Shown: positions 29,701-37,782 of the stretch, piece after piece
How positions within the stretch are numbered: position 1 is the first letter of the stretch
How the letters are laid out: every line of letters begins with the position of its first letter
NCBI GenBank assembly: GCA_965203095.1
Contig: OZ241877.1
Location: 640,001-704,000, forward strand
DNA length: 64,000 bases
Direction: 5' to 3'
Source: Bdellovibrionales bacterium
GTDB lineage: Bacteria; Bdellovibrionota; Bdellovibrionia; Bdellovibrionales; UBA1609
Translations under genes and position numbers: made by a program
Notes under the pieces: generated by a model
What the model saw: only the letters and a program-made list of their open reading frames with translations
Told to the model about the DNA's origin: nothing
The model's database searches: none

Positions 29701-30257
29701 TTCAATTTTCTAACCGATTCTGATTTTCTGTTTTTAAATTTTGAAATACCTGCGGACTCCTCAATAATGACTCGCCTTTGGTTTGGCTGAGCGGTGATGA
29801 GTCTCTCTATAGCCGTTTGTTCTATCAAACTAAAACCTCTACAGCCCACTCCTGTATTCATAAAAAATTCCTTAATGTCTCTTAAAAGGCAATCCTCCTG
29901 ATTGATAAAATATTCACTTCTCCCATCACGAAAAGCCCGCCGACTGATCCTTATTTCAGAAAATTTTTTATAGTTTTCCGGAAAGCCACTCCGGCCCGGT
30001 CTTAAAGTGAGATGAACTTCTGCTAAATTTCCAGAAGGCTCAGGCCCTGCACCAGCAAAAATCACATCAGAAAATGACTCCCCCCGGAGTTGTTTTGGAG
30101 AACTTTCCCCCATCACCCACAAAAGTGCATCCACTACATTAGACTTGCCACAACCGTTAGGCCCTACAATTCCAGTAATCTCATGATTTTCAAACTCCAA
30201 AACCGTTTTGTTTTTGAAGGATTTGAAACCAAAAATTTCCATTTGTTTTATGAACAT
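26727..30257 (-). CDS. smc: chromosome segregation protein SMC
   Basis: GFKSF, GPNGCGKSN, long coiled coils and hinge, PPGKK..LSRGE, DEADAPLDD, ITHN. Confidence 0.93.
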   Translation of the reverse strand: MFIKQMEIFGFKSFKNKTVLEFENHEITGIVGPNGCGKSNVVDALLWVMGESSPKQLRGESFSDVIFAGAGPEPSGNLAEVHLTLRPGRSGFPENYKKFSEIRISRRAFRDGRSEYFINQEDCLLRDIKEFFMNTGVGCRGFSLIEQTAIERLITAQPNQRRVIIEESAGISKFKNRKSESVRKLNLVSQNLQRLKDVLKLQETQLGQLSNQAKTAEKYRKLKKEIEIREQKIKQNERENIFRTYQKLKREQVFLKADKLEKTQKARDLEEKIKEKQAQIQTTKNQIEEGNSKISAIKQDIMNQTLEETRLRDRVGALELIENMKKESREQLKTRRLKASELVESIRGKQKDLKDREKALQSQLKEIQSFFKNKPDIEDLEDSLGRIRHQIDEALQTKKSAMADIESLRAQLDFIEREIGKLLEEKGSLQTQIQESIGEKDQLRGLLKKRENARWDLEQSLCLIEEKKQNLLDKKQNMETEANNMNQSISALQSKIEEMKKLISHFESISEGAGDLNKWKPGEFEPLFQNLKIDPQYISALGAVLGPSAQALIPKEETDIIPAVRRLKTGNKGKACFLSSLPFMPISADSRKKLRDYPAFICFLDEKVKWNIHTEPLKALLEQTAVVSDLPSAFDLKRQFPAFQFVTQDGDFVARDSFVYAGSVKQGAGLIEIHSQIEELSEKLMDQKTALKVKRMNLEALDKQLSHMQSEKQSWAEAFNQNFESLISAQKDLEHKERDILKLSESRKKNEQKIIHFEKEKQNLILKKSAGHKEIQKVGANLSLKETQWKKQLEEVRAFKAQNVIKIQKEQELLDNQSQQKNREREISLLLGLMDHIEGREKSAPQDNSDGKADGNGQQELQFIQKKKKELERQLIFCQDDYQQSRELKENQEKSIKEMESTVFQIKLEINNLQSEEEKKELEKTHIKAQFLENCQSRIEDYSPSPEKIPLEKLKAERDHYEKQLSRIREVNFLALEEYEKLSKENFFLNGQKEDMLNSKKEIMKVIAHVDKICSARFNDMLEEINKRFSQVFSVIFPGEQAKAQLILKEDSESQEEPGVDILIQPPGKKNQSVSLLSRGEKALAGICLVYSLFLVRPSPFCVIDEADAPLDDSNVIRFLSILKEMSRASQVIVITHNKHSMQACGKLYGVTMERPGVSQIVSVDMKAKDISAHLV

Positions 30258-30300
30258 AAAAACTCACTCCGTCAGGGTTTATTTAATATTTTGTAGTTTT

Positions 30301-33075
30301 TCATTTTTCTTGGTTCTTTTTTATAGCACATTGAGCCGCTGACAGGCGGGCAATGGGCACTCTATAAGGCGAACAACTCACATAATCTAAACCTATCTCA
30401 TTAAAGAAAAATAAACTTTGAGGATCACCGCCATGCTCTCCACAAACACCAATCTTTATATCTTTTTTTGTTTGTCTTGCTTTTTGAACAGCTATCTTCA
30501 TTAAAGCCCCCACACCCTGAATATCAATTTGTGAGAAAGGGTCTTGATCTAAAATTTCTTTCTGAATGTAAGAGGGTAAAAATTTCCCGCAGTCATCTCT
30601 GGAAAAACCAAACACAGTTTGAGTGAGGTCATTAGTTCCAAAACTAAAAAAATCCCCTAACTCTGCCAGATGATCTGCCTCCAAACAAGCTCTGGGAAGT
30701 TCAATCATTGTCCCTATGGATAAGGGGAGTTGGATTTTAAAATCCTGTTCCGCCCTTTGGATTTCAGATTGAGCCATATTTTTTAAAAGCTCTAACTCCT
30801 TTTTAGAGCAAATTAAAGGGATCATAATCTCTGCCTGTATTTTTTTGTTTTTCTGGATAAAATGAGCCACAGCAGAACTTAAAGCTTTCACCTGCACCAA
30901 GTAAATTTCCGGAAAAGTAATGGCCAAACGGCAACCTCGATGGCCTAACATGGGATTGCTCTCTGATAGATTTTTGATTTTAAAAGCCAACTCTTCCTCG
31001 TTGAGATCCATTTGAAGAGCCAACTGTGCTATCTCTTTTTGGCTTTGAGGCAAAAACTCATGAAGGGGGGGGTCCAACAACCGGACAGTCAGAGGGTAGG
31101 GGGATATAATATCTAAAATTTCAACAAAATCAGCTTGTTGGGCTTTAAAGAGATCTTTTAGGGCTTGCTCTTTGTCGTCTACGCTTTCTGACAAAATCAT
31201 TTTCCGCATAATATGTATGCGATCCGGACCAAAAAACATGTGCTCTGTCCGGCAAAGCCCTATTCCTTGGGCTCCAAATTTTTTAGCTTTTTTAACATCT
31301 TCCGGTGTTTCTGCATTGGCCAAAACTTTCAACCGGGCATATTTGTCAGTCAAATCCATAAGCTTAAAAAAATTTTTATCTAAAACGGGGGCTTTTGTCT
31401 TCACTTTTCCCAAAAAAATCTCTCCTGTAGAACCATTCAAACTGATTTCATCTCCCTCTTTTAAAACATGATCTTTAAAATAAAGCTCCTTTTTACCTTC
31501 ATCAATCCGGGCTGTCTCACAACCCACAATGCAGGCTTTGCCCATACTTCTCGCCACCACAGCGGCATGAGAGGTCATCCCCCCACGGGCAGTAAGAATG
31601 CCTACGGAGTGAATCATCCCGTTTATGTCCTCTGGTGAGGTTTCTGTCCGGACCAAAATCACAGACAAGCCCCTTTTGCCCAATTCTTCTGCCCTCTCAC
31701 TGTCAAACACAATTTTTCCTCTTCCAGCACCAGGGCTGGCGGGAAGGGCTTTAGCCAAAATTGTTTTCTCATCTGAGCTGTCAATAGACGGATGCAAAAG
31801 GACAGTCAAAGAGGAAGGATCCACTTGGGATAAAATATCTTTATCTGTTAAAAGTCCTTCTTGTTTTAAATCAAAAAGAATTTTTAACTGTGCCCTGGGG
31901 TTGCATTTGGCATTTCGGGTTTGCAAAAGCCACAGTTGGCCCTTTTCCACAGTCCATTCAATATCCTGAACAAAATGATAATGCTGTTCCAGCTTTTCAC
32001 AAAGTTGGGCTAATTGTTGAAAAACTTTTGGCATAAGGGATTTGAGATCTTTTTGGCCTTGTTCTGCCCTGTTCAAAATATTGAGTGGTGTCCGGATCCC
32101 TGCCACTACATCCTCCCCTTGGGCATTGATTAAAAATTCGCCAAACAGAGCCTTTTCCCCAGTAGATGGGTTTCTGGTAAAAACCACTCCAGTAGCACTA
32201 TCAGCCCCCCGATTGCCAAAAACCATGACCTGAATGTTTACAGCTGTTCCCCACACAGAGGAAAGCTGGCTCTTGTCACGGTAAATTAAAGCCCTGGGGT
32301 TGTTCCAACTTTTGAACACGGCCTCTATGGCTGTCCAAAGTTGTTCCCAAGGGTCTTCAGGAAAAAGGCGACCACTGTCCTGCAAAATTCGTTCTTTAAA
32401 GTGCCGGACAATGCCTCTCCACTCATCGGCCTGAATTTCTGAATCTTCAGAATAATTTTTTTGATTTTTATAGTCCTCTAAATAAACTTCTAAAAGGGAG
32501 GAGTTCATTTGCAAGACAACTGAGGAATACATTTGCACAAAACGGCGGTAAGTATCCCAAGCAAATCTTTCATCCTGACAGAGCTGTCCTAAGGCTTTAA
32601 CCGACTTTTCATTCAGCCCTAAGTTTAAAATGCTGTCCATCATACCGGGCATGCTCACTACAGCACCGGAACGAACACTTAAAAGTAAAGGCTTTTGAGA
32701 GCAACCCAACCGTTTTCCCGTCTCTTGTTCTAACTTGAGAACTGCGGATCGGATTTCCTCTTTGATTTCATTAAGTAAACGGCCCTTTTTAAGAAATAGG
32801 GTGCAAAGCTCTGTGCTTAAAGTAAAACCGGGGGGGACGGGAAGGCCCAGTCGCGACATTTCCGCTAAGTTGGCCCCTTTATTGCCTAAAATCTGCTTGT
32901 TTTTAGCTGAACCGTCTATCTGACCAGGGCCAAAATGGTAAATATATTTTTTTCCAGCAGGTTGGGCTGGGCTGGTTTGAGGCTTTGTTCTCATTGAAGG
33001 TTTTAAAATCTTCCCCATTATAGAGAGGTTTAAAGCTTGTTTTTGCCTGCCGACTTCAGTTTGTGCTTTACCCAT
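30301..33075 (-). CDS. ppdK: pyruvate, phosphate dikinase (true start probably 32994 or 33018)
   Basis: GNKGANLAEM, SVRSGA..SMPGMMD, GGMTSHAAVVAR, CRTEHMF, SFGTNDLTQ, CGEHGGDP. Confidence 0.97.
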   Translation of the reverse strand: MGKAQTEVGRQKQALNLSIMGKILKPSMRTKPQTSPAQPAGKKYIYHFGPGQIDGSAKNKQILGNKGANLAEMSRLGLPVPPGFTLSTELCTLFLKKGRLLNEIKEEIRSAVLKLEQETGKRLGCSQKPLLLSVRSGAVVSMPGMMDSILNLGLNEKSVKALGQLCQDERFAWDTYRRFVQMYSSVVLQMNSSLLEVYLEDYKNQKNYSEDSEIQADEWRGIVRHFKERILQDSGRLFPEDPWEQLWTAIEAVFKSWNNPRALIYRDKSQLSSVWGTAVNIQVMVFGNRGADSATGVVFTRNPSTGEKALFGEFLINAQGEDVVAGIRTPLNILNRAEQGQKDLKSLMPKVFQQLAQLCEKLEQHYHFVQDIEWTVEKGQLWLLQTRNAKCNPRAQLKILFDLKQEGLLTDKDILSQVDPSSLTVLLHPSIDSSDEKTILAKALPASPGAGRGKIVFDSERAEELGKRGLSVILVRTETSPEDINGMIHSVGILTARGGMTSHAAVVARSMGKACIVGCETARIDEGKKELYFKDHVLKEGDEISLNGSTGEIFLGKVKTKAPVLDKNFFKLMDLTDKYARLKVLANAETPEDVKKAKKFGAQGIGLCRTEHMFFGPDRIHIMRKMILSESVDDKEQALKDLFKAQQADFVEILDIISPYPLTVRLLDPPLHEFLPQSQKEIAQLALQMDLNEEELAFKIKNLSESNPMLGHRGCRLAITFPEIYLVQVKALSSAVAHFIQKNKKIQAEIMIPLICSKKELELLKNMAQSEIQRAEQDFKIQLPLSIGTMIELPRACLEADHLAELGDFFSFGTNDLTQTVFGFSRDDCGKFLPSYIQKEILDQDPFSQIDIQGVGALMKIAVQKARQTKKDIKIGVCGEHGGDPQSLFFFNEIGLDYVSCSPYRVPIARLSAAQCAIKKNQEK

Positions 33076-33262
33076 AACTCAGCCTTTTTAATCCAGGATC
33101 TCTTTACTATCAAGGGATAAAATTGTCTAATAGAATTATACTGATTTTGTTTAAAAATTCCTACCTTTTCTACTCTGCTTTGACCGGAAAATTCAACTGT
33201 GCTCAAGAGTATAAGTCCTCTTAGTCAAAAAACTCAATAAAAGACATTCTGACAGTGTCAAA

Positions 33263-33661
33263 CTAATCGTCTTTTAGTAGGTGGGCTATTGAAAAGTGAG
33301 ATTCTTGTATAGCCAGATCTAAAGGAGTCTGGCCATCTTTATCTTCTGCCTCTATGTCAGCTCCCGCAGATAATAAAGCACGAACAGCCTCTAAATTCCC
33401 CCAAAAACTGGCATAATGTAGAGCCGTCTGGCGATTTTCACCTCTTTCCTCTATGTTCACTCCCTTTTCTAAAACAGCCTGAACAGCCTCTAAGTCCCCT
33501 ACCTCAATGGCAGAAAACAAAGCCCCCTTTGGGCATACTTCTATACATTGGGTTGAGCTAAGAGCTGACTCGCTAAAAGACATACCAACAAAAACACTAA
33601 TATATAAGATAATCTTCATAGTTTTTCCCTCGACTGAGATAGATAACCAAAATATGAACAA
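33263..33661 (-). CDS. small secreted ankyrin-repeat protein (start probably MKIILY)
   Basis: QTALHYA, GADIEAEDKDGQTPLDLA; hydrophobic N-terminus. Confidence 0.8.
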   Translation of the reverse strand: MFIFWLSISVEGKTMKIILYISVFVGMSFSESALSSTQCIEVCPKGALFSAIEVGDLEAVQAVLEKGVNIEERGENRQTALHYASFWGNLEAVRALLSAGADIEAEDKDGQTPLDLAIQESHFSIAHLLKDD

Positions 33662-33720
33662 GCAAAAATAAAAGCACCAATTAAAATATTCATAAATCTT
33701 GTCAAAAAAGCAACTTTTTT

Positions 33721-34692
33721 TTAACTTTTTTTATCCAACCCCTTTTTGTCCAACCTTTGGGTCACCCATGGGAAGTCCAATACTTGAGATAAAACAGCAC
33801 TTCGAACATACAAACTATTGGACACCTGAGCACTAATGCGACTCCGTTTATCTTTAAAAACCTCCATACTCATCTCTACACCAAAAATACAAGGTCCGGG
33901 GTGCAATATAACAGCTGATTTTTTTAAAATCTCCAACTGCCGAGAGCCCATGTGATACTGATCCCTGTATTCAGCAATAGAAAGACCTATACTCATATCG
34001 TGCCTCTCCTGCTGTATCCGCAAGCACATAACGGCATCCGCCCATTTCACCCCCTCATCTATATTTTTAAAACACTTAACATCTTTCCAAAAATCATCTT
34101 TAGGGAATAAACTTGTAGGAGAGCAAAAAGCCACTTCCGCACCCATTCTTTTTAGGAGCTTTAAATTGGAATTGCTCACCCGGGAATGTAAAATATCCCC
34201 AAGGATTAAAACCTTTTCCCCTTTAATTTTCCCTCTGGCCTCCTTAATAGTGAAAGCATCTATAAGGGCTTGAGTGGGATGCTCATAAGATCCAAAACCT
34301 CCGCTAATGATGGGGACCTCGCCGTCCAATTTAAAGGAAGAACCTTTGTAGCGAAGCACAATTAAAGATGGGTTAAAACTTTTTAAAGTTCTTAAAGTCT
34401 CTTCCAAGCTTTCTCCTTTAACAATGCTGGAAGCTTGAATGTCTGACAAAACCACAGGATGAATGCCCAAGCTATTACAAGCCATCTGAAAACTTACACG
34501 AGTCCTTGTGCTGGGCTCGGCAAATACCAAAAAAGCGTTAATTTCCCTATCATCTTTAAAGGCAAAGATTTTTTTAAGGGATTTTTTTTGAGAACTCAGT
34601 TTTTTGATCTGGGCCGATCTCTCAAAAATGACCTCTATATCCTCATCACTCAGGTCATTTACACTGATAAAAGACTTGTTTTTAATGGACAT
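33721..34692 (-). CDS. pyrB: aspartate carbamoyltransferase catalytic subunit
   Basis: EPSTRTR.SF, KGESLEET, EHPTQAL.D, GDILHSRV, LRIQQER, HPGP. Confidence 0.93.
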   Translation of the reverse strand: MSIKNKSFISVNDLSDEDIEVIFERSAQIKKLSSQKKSLKKIFAFKDDREINAFLVFAEPSTRTRVSFQMACNSLGIHPVVLSDIQASSIVKGESLEETLRTLKSFNPSLIVLRYKGSSFKLDGEVPIISGGFGSYEHPTQALIDAFTIKEARGKIKGEKVLILGDILHSRVSNSNLKLLKRMGAEVAFCSPTSLFPKDDFWKDVKCFKNIDEGVKWADAVMCLRIQQERHDMSIGLSIAEYRDQYHMGSRQLEILKKSAVILHPGPCIFGVEMSMEVFKDKRSRISAQVSNSLYVRSAVLSQVLDFPWVTQRLDKKGLDKKS

Positions 34693-34827
34693 TATGAAAA
34701 AGATTGTAAAATGGATAGGTTCTGTTGTCAAATTATTTATTTAAAATGCTGAAAAGTGGGGATTTGGGGCGGATATTTTGTTCAATAAAGGGGCCTGGCA
34801 TCCCTTTTTAACAGCGAGGCTATAAAG

Positions 34828-35808
34828 ATGCGTAAAAAAAAGACCGATAAGTTAAGTATGACAGGTTCAAAGCGGATTTTAAAGGATTTACTCCGCCTTT
34901 TCTTCCATTTTGTGTTTTACACAAAAAAGATCTCACCACATAGCTTAAGGGCTTATAAAAGTGATCTCTGCTCTTTTTTTGGTTTTGAAAAAGCCGATGA
35001 GCAGGGCCTTTCTAAAGCCCTGCCATCTGTCTTTGTTAAAAACAAAACACAATTGGAAAGCGATATTAAGCTTTTAATAGAAAGGGGAGCCAACCAAAAC
35101 TCTAAACTGGCCCCCTCCAGCCGGAATCGCAAAATGGCAGTGGTGAGAAGTTTTATAAAATGGCTGGCCGAGCAAGAATATATCAAAGAGGATTTTAGAT
35201 ATTTGTATCCAACGGGGAAGTCAGTTTTTCGCGTTCCCTCTTTTTTGTCTGTAGATGAGGTTTTTGTTATATTGAAAATGTTTAAAAAAGAGAAAAAAGG
35301 GCCTCGTGCCAATAGGAATCAGGCTTTGTTTTTCCTTCTCTACGGAGGGGGGTTGAGGGTTAGTGAGGCTTCTGTCTTAAAAAACAAAGATGTGGATTGG
35401 CAGGGGCGAACTCTTAGAGTTAAAGGGAAAGGGGGGAAAGAGAGGCTTGTTTCTCTCCCTAAAAAAGCTTTTGAGAAGATAAAAGCTTTAAAATCCCATC
35501 AAATTTATTTATTTGGCCATAAACCTCTTCCTGTAAGAACAGCTTATGGCATTATCCGAGCCATTGGGCAAAAAGCAGGACTTTTAAAACCTCTTCGCCC
35601 TCACGATTTAAGGCATAGCTTTGCCACTCATTTACTTGTAGGTGGCTCAGATCTTCGTGTTTTGCAAGAGTTGTTAGGGCACAAATCGTTGGCCACTACT
35701 CAAAAATACACTCATTTAGATTTAGCCCATCTGTCCCGTGCTTTAGAGAAATATCACCCTTTGTTAAAACAGCCCCTGTTTGATCCACAAAAAAGATCTC
35801 ATTCCTGA
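34828..35808 (+). CDS. xerC: tyrosine recombinase XerC/XerD family
   Basis: LYGGGLRVSE, GKGGKER, PHDLRHSFATHLL.GGSDLR.LQELLGH..LATTQKYTH. The xerC versus xerD assignment is uncertain. Confidence 0.8.
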   Translation: MRKKKTDKLSMTGSKRILKDLLRLFFHFVFYTKKISPHSLRAYKSDLCSFFGFEKADEQGLSKALPSVFVKNKTQLESDIKLLIERGANQNSKLAPSSRNRKMAVVRSFIKWLAEQEYIKEDFRYLYPTGKSVFRVPSFLSVDEVFVILKMFKKEKKGPRANRNQALFFLLYGGGLRVSEASVLKNKDVDWQGRTLRVKGKGGKERLVSLPKKAFEKIKALKSHQIYLFGHKPLPVRTAYGIIRAIGQKAGLLKPLRPHDLRHSFATHLLVGGSDLRVLQELLGHKSLATTQKYTHLDLAHLSRALEKYHPLLKQPLFDPQKRSHS

Positions 35809-35809
35809 G

Positions 35810-35838
35810 TTGACAGTTGATAAAGCTTTTTATACAAT
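35810..35838 (+). promoter_or_regulatory. sigma70 promoter of bfr
   Basis: TTGACA-17 bp-TACAAT upstream of a GGAGG RBS. Confidence 0.75.
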
Positions 35839-35860
35839 CCAGCCCAAAAAGGAGGTAGAT

Positions 35861-36328
35861 ATGAAAGGCCAGCCAGAAGTGATCTCTTCTTTAAAAGGGA
35901 TTTTGACCAATGAATTGACTGCTGTTAATCAATACTTTTTACATGCTCGCATGTGTAAAAACTGGGGCTATCAAAAAATAGGGGAGCATTTTTACAAAGA
36001 ATCTATAGATGAGATGAAACATGCCCGAAGCATTATCGATCGCATCTTGTTTTTAGAAGGGGTTCCCAATGTTCAAAAATTGCACCCTTTAAAAGTGGGT
36101 CATAATGTTAAAACCCAGTTAGAAAATGATCTTCAGTTGGAAACTCAAGCCATTTCTGACTTAAAAAAAGCTATTGAAATTTGCATAAAAGCAGAGGATT
36201 TTGCCTCAAAAGATCTGTTGGAAAATATTTTAATTGGTGAAGAGGAGCACACTGACTGGATAGAAAGCCAGCTAAATTTAATTAAAGAACTTGGTTTGGA
36301 AATTTATTTAAGCCAACAGCTCAATTAG
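35861..36328 (+). CDS. bfr: bacterioferritin
   Basis: MKG..., ELTAVNQYFLHARM, ESIDEMKHA, RILFLEG.PN, EEEHTDW. Confidence 0.96.
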   Translation: MKGQPEVISSLKGILTNELTAVNQYFLHARMCKNWGYQKIGEHFYKESIDEMKHARSIIDRILFLEGVPNVQKLHPLKVGHNVKTQLENDLQLETQAISDLKKAIEICIKAEDFASKDLLENILIGEEEHTDWIESQLNLIKELGLEIYLSQQLN

Positions 36329-36713
36329 CCTCGGATTGAACGGCAATCACTTCCACTTCCACTTTGGCCTTCAGAGGCAAAGCAGAAACCTCAATACAGG
36401 ATCGGGCGGGCTTGTGGTTTCTAAAGTAAGATTCATATACTTGATTGAACTTAGGGAAATCCTCCATGTTTGTTAAAAACACCATGCTTTTGACAACATT
36501 TTTAAAATCCATATTTTCTGCGGATAAAACAGCTTTTATATTTTTAAAAACTTGTCGGGACTGAGCCTCTATACCAGAGTCAACTATTTTTAAGCTGGGG
36601 GCTTGAAGAGGGATTTGTCCAGAGCAAAAAAGCCATGGCCCCGCTTTAAAAGCTTGGGAATAAGGGCCTACAGGTTGAGGGGCTTTAGCTGTCACAACAG
36701 GTTTGAGTAGCAT
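36321..36713 (-). CDS. ridA: RidA/YjgF family reactive intermediate deaminase
   Basis: APQPVGPYSQA, SGQIPL, FNQVYESYF, PARSCIEVSALP. Confidence 0.9.
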   Translation of the reverse strand: MLLKPVVTAKAPQPVGPYSQAFKAGPWLFCSGQIPLQAPSLKIVDSGIEAQSRQVFKNIKAVLSAENMDFKNVVKSMVFLTNMEDFPKFNQVYESYFRNHKPARSCIEVSALPLKAKVEVEVIAVQSEAN

Positions 36714-36746
36714 GTTGAGTTTTTTACATAAAAAATCAGGCTTTGT

Positions 36747-36959
36747 CTACTTTTTTTCGCTTTCGTTTTTCAGCTTGTTTATCTCCTCTTCGGAAAGCCC
36801 CGTCACTTCAGAGATAAAGGCAATATCTGTTTGTTTTCTCAGCATATTTAAAATGACCTGTTGCATACCCTGTTGCATACCCTGTTGCATACCTTCTTGC
36901 CGGCCCTCTTGCAAGCCCTCTTGTCGGGCTGACTTTCTGATATATTCTTTTATGTTCAT
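36747..36959 (-). CDS. predicted intragenic small protein (RpnS-like antitoxin), in frame with Rpn
   Basis: Internal AAGGAGG-ttat-ATG precedes MNIKEYIRK; a 70-aa product covering the repeat/HTH tail. Confidence 0.6.
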   Translation of the reverse strand: MNIKEYIRKSARQEGLQEGRQEGMQQGMQQGMQQVILNMLRKQTDIAFISEVTGLSEEEINKLKNESEKK

Positions 36960-37733
36960 ATAACCTCCTTGTGAAAAAATACCCTTCCTGATAGCCTCCC
37001 GTTCTAAATCCTCCCATAACTCCTGTGTCATACCCGGAATAGCAGACCAAAAATAATTCCCTACATTCAGTGTTAAATCCTCTTTGTCTCCCGGCCAGTT
37101 GTCAAATAAAGAAACGGCCTTTTTCAAACCTCTTTCTTCTGCTTTTAAAGTCCAAATTCGTTTCAAAACCCATAGAAATCCACGGCTTTTAACACTCTTG
37201 TCAGCAATCGCTTTTTCCACTCTTGGATCATGAATATCAATCAACCTTATACCATAATCTAACATATCTTTTGCCAAAGAGGAAGGAATTTTTGGCAAAA
37301 ACCACCCCCAAAGCCCTTTTTTAAAGGATTTCGGCCATTTCCAAGGCTCCTTTCCATGGTAAAACACAACAGCGATTACAGGGCCATTGGCCTTCAACTC
37401 CTCCAAACTTTTGCCTATAATGAAAGTCTTGTATTTCAAAATCTGATGATAAATCCTGTAGCTAAAATGGGACTTATGTTCTAAAAGCAAACAAAAATTG
37501 ACCCGCCGATCCCTTTCATTTTTAAGCGGGACAGAAAAAATCAAATCCGCCCTTATGTCCTGAAAACTGTCCTTTTCCGCCCGAAGGCCATCCCAGTCAA
37601 AAACAATCATCTCCTTTTTTGAAAAGACCAGCTGAAACAGCTCTTTAGCAAAGCACGGGTCGGAATAACAGGCCTTAAAAAATAGGTCGTGATGGGTGGT
37701 TTTCTTTTTTTCTTTTTCTGAATCTTGTGTCAT
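36747..37733 (-). CDS. Rpn family recombination-promoting nuclease / YhgA-like protein
   Basis: HDLFFK, RADLIFSV, LLEHKS, VVFYHG..PW, C-terminal QEG/QQG repeats and VTGLSEEEI HTH. Start MTQDSE follows a GGAGG RBS. Confidence 0.9.
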   Translation of the reverse strand: MTQDSEKEKKKTTHHDLFFKACYSDPCFAKELFQLVFSKKEMIVFDWDGLRAEKDSFQDIRADLIFSVPLKNERDRRVNFCLLLEHKSHFSYRIYHQILKYKTFIIGKSLEELKANGPVIAVVFYHGKEPWKWPKSFKKGLWGWFLPKIPSSLAKDMLDYGIRLIDIHDPRVEKAIADKSVKSRGFLWVLKRIWTLKAEERGLKKAVSLFDNWPGDKEDLTLNVGNYFWSAIPGMTQELWEDLEREAIRKGIFSQGGYMNIKEYIRKSARQEGLQEGRQEGMQQGMQQGMQQVILNMLRKQTDIAFISEVTGLSEEEINKLKNESEKK

Positions 37734-37782
37734 GATGACTTCTTTACCTCCAAAAAACACACAAAGAATAGAGGATAACATA

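Noticed and set aside
34828..35808. Island integrase or integron integrase
   Set aside because: Looks like housekeeping XerC/D, lacks an obvious IntI-specific insertion, and is separated from the island by bfr and ridA; no attC-like array was seen.
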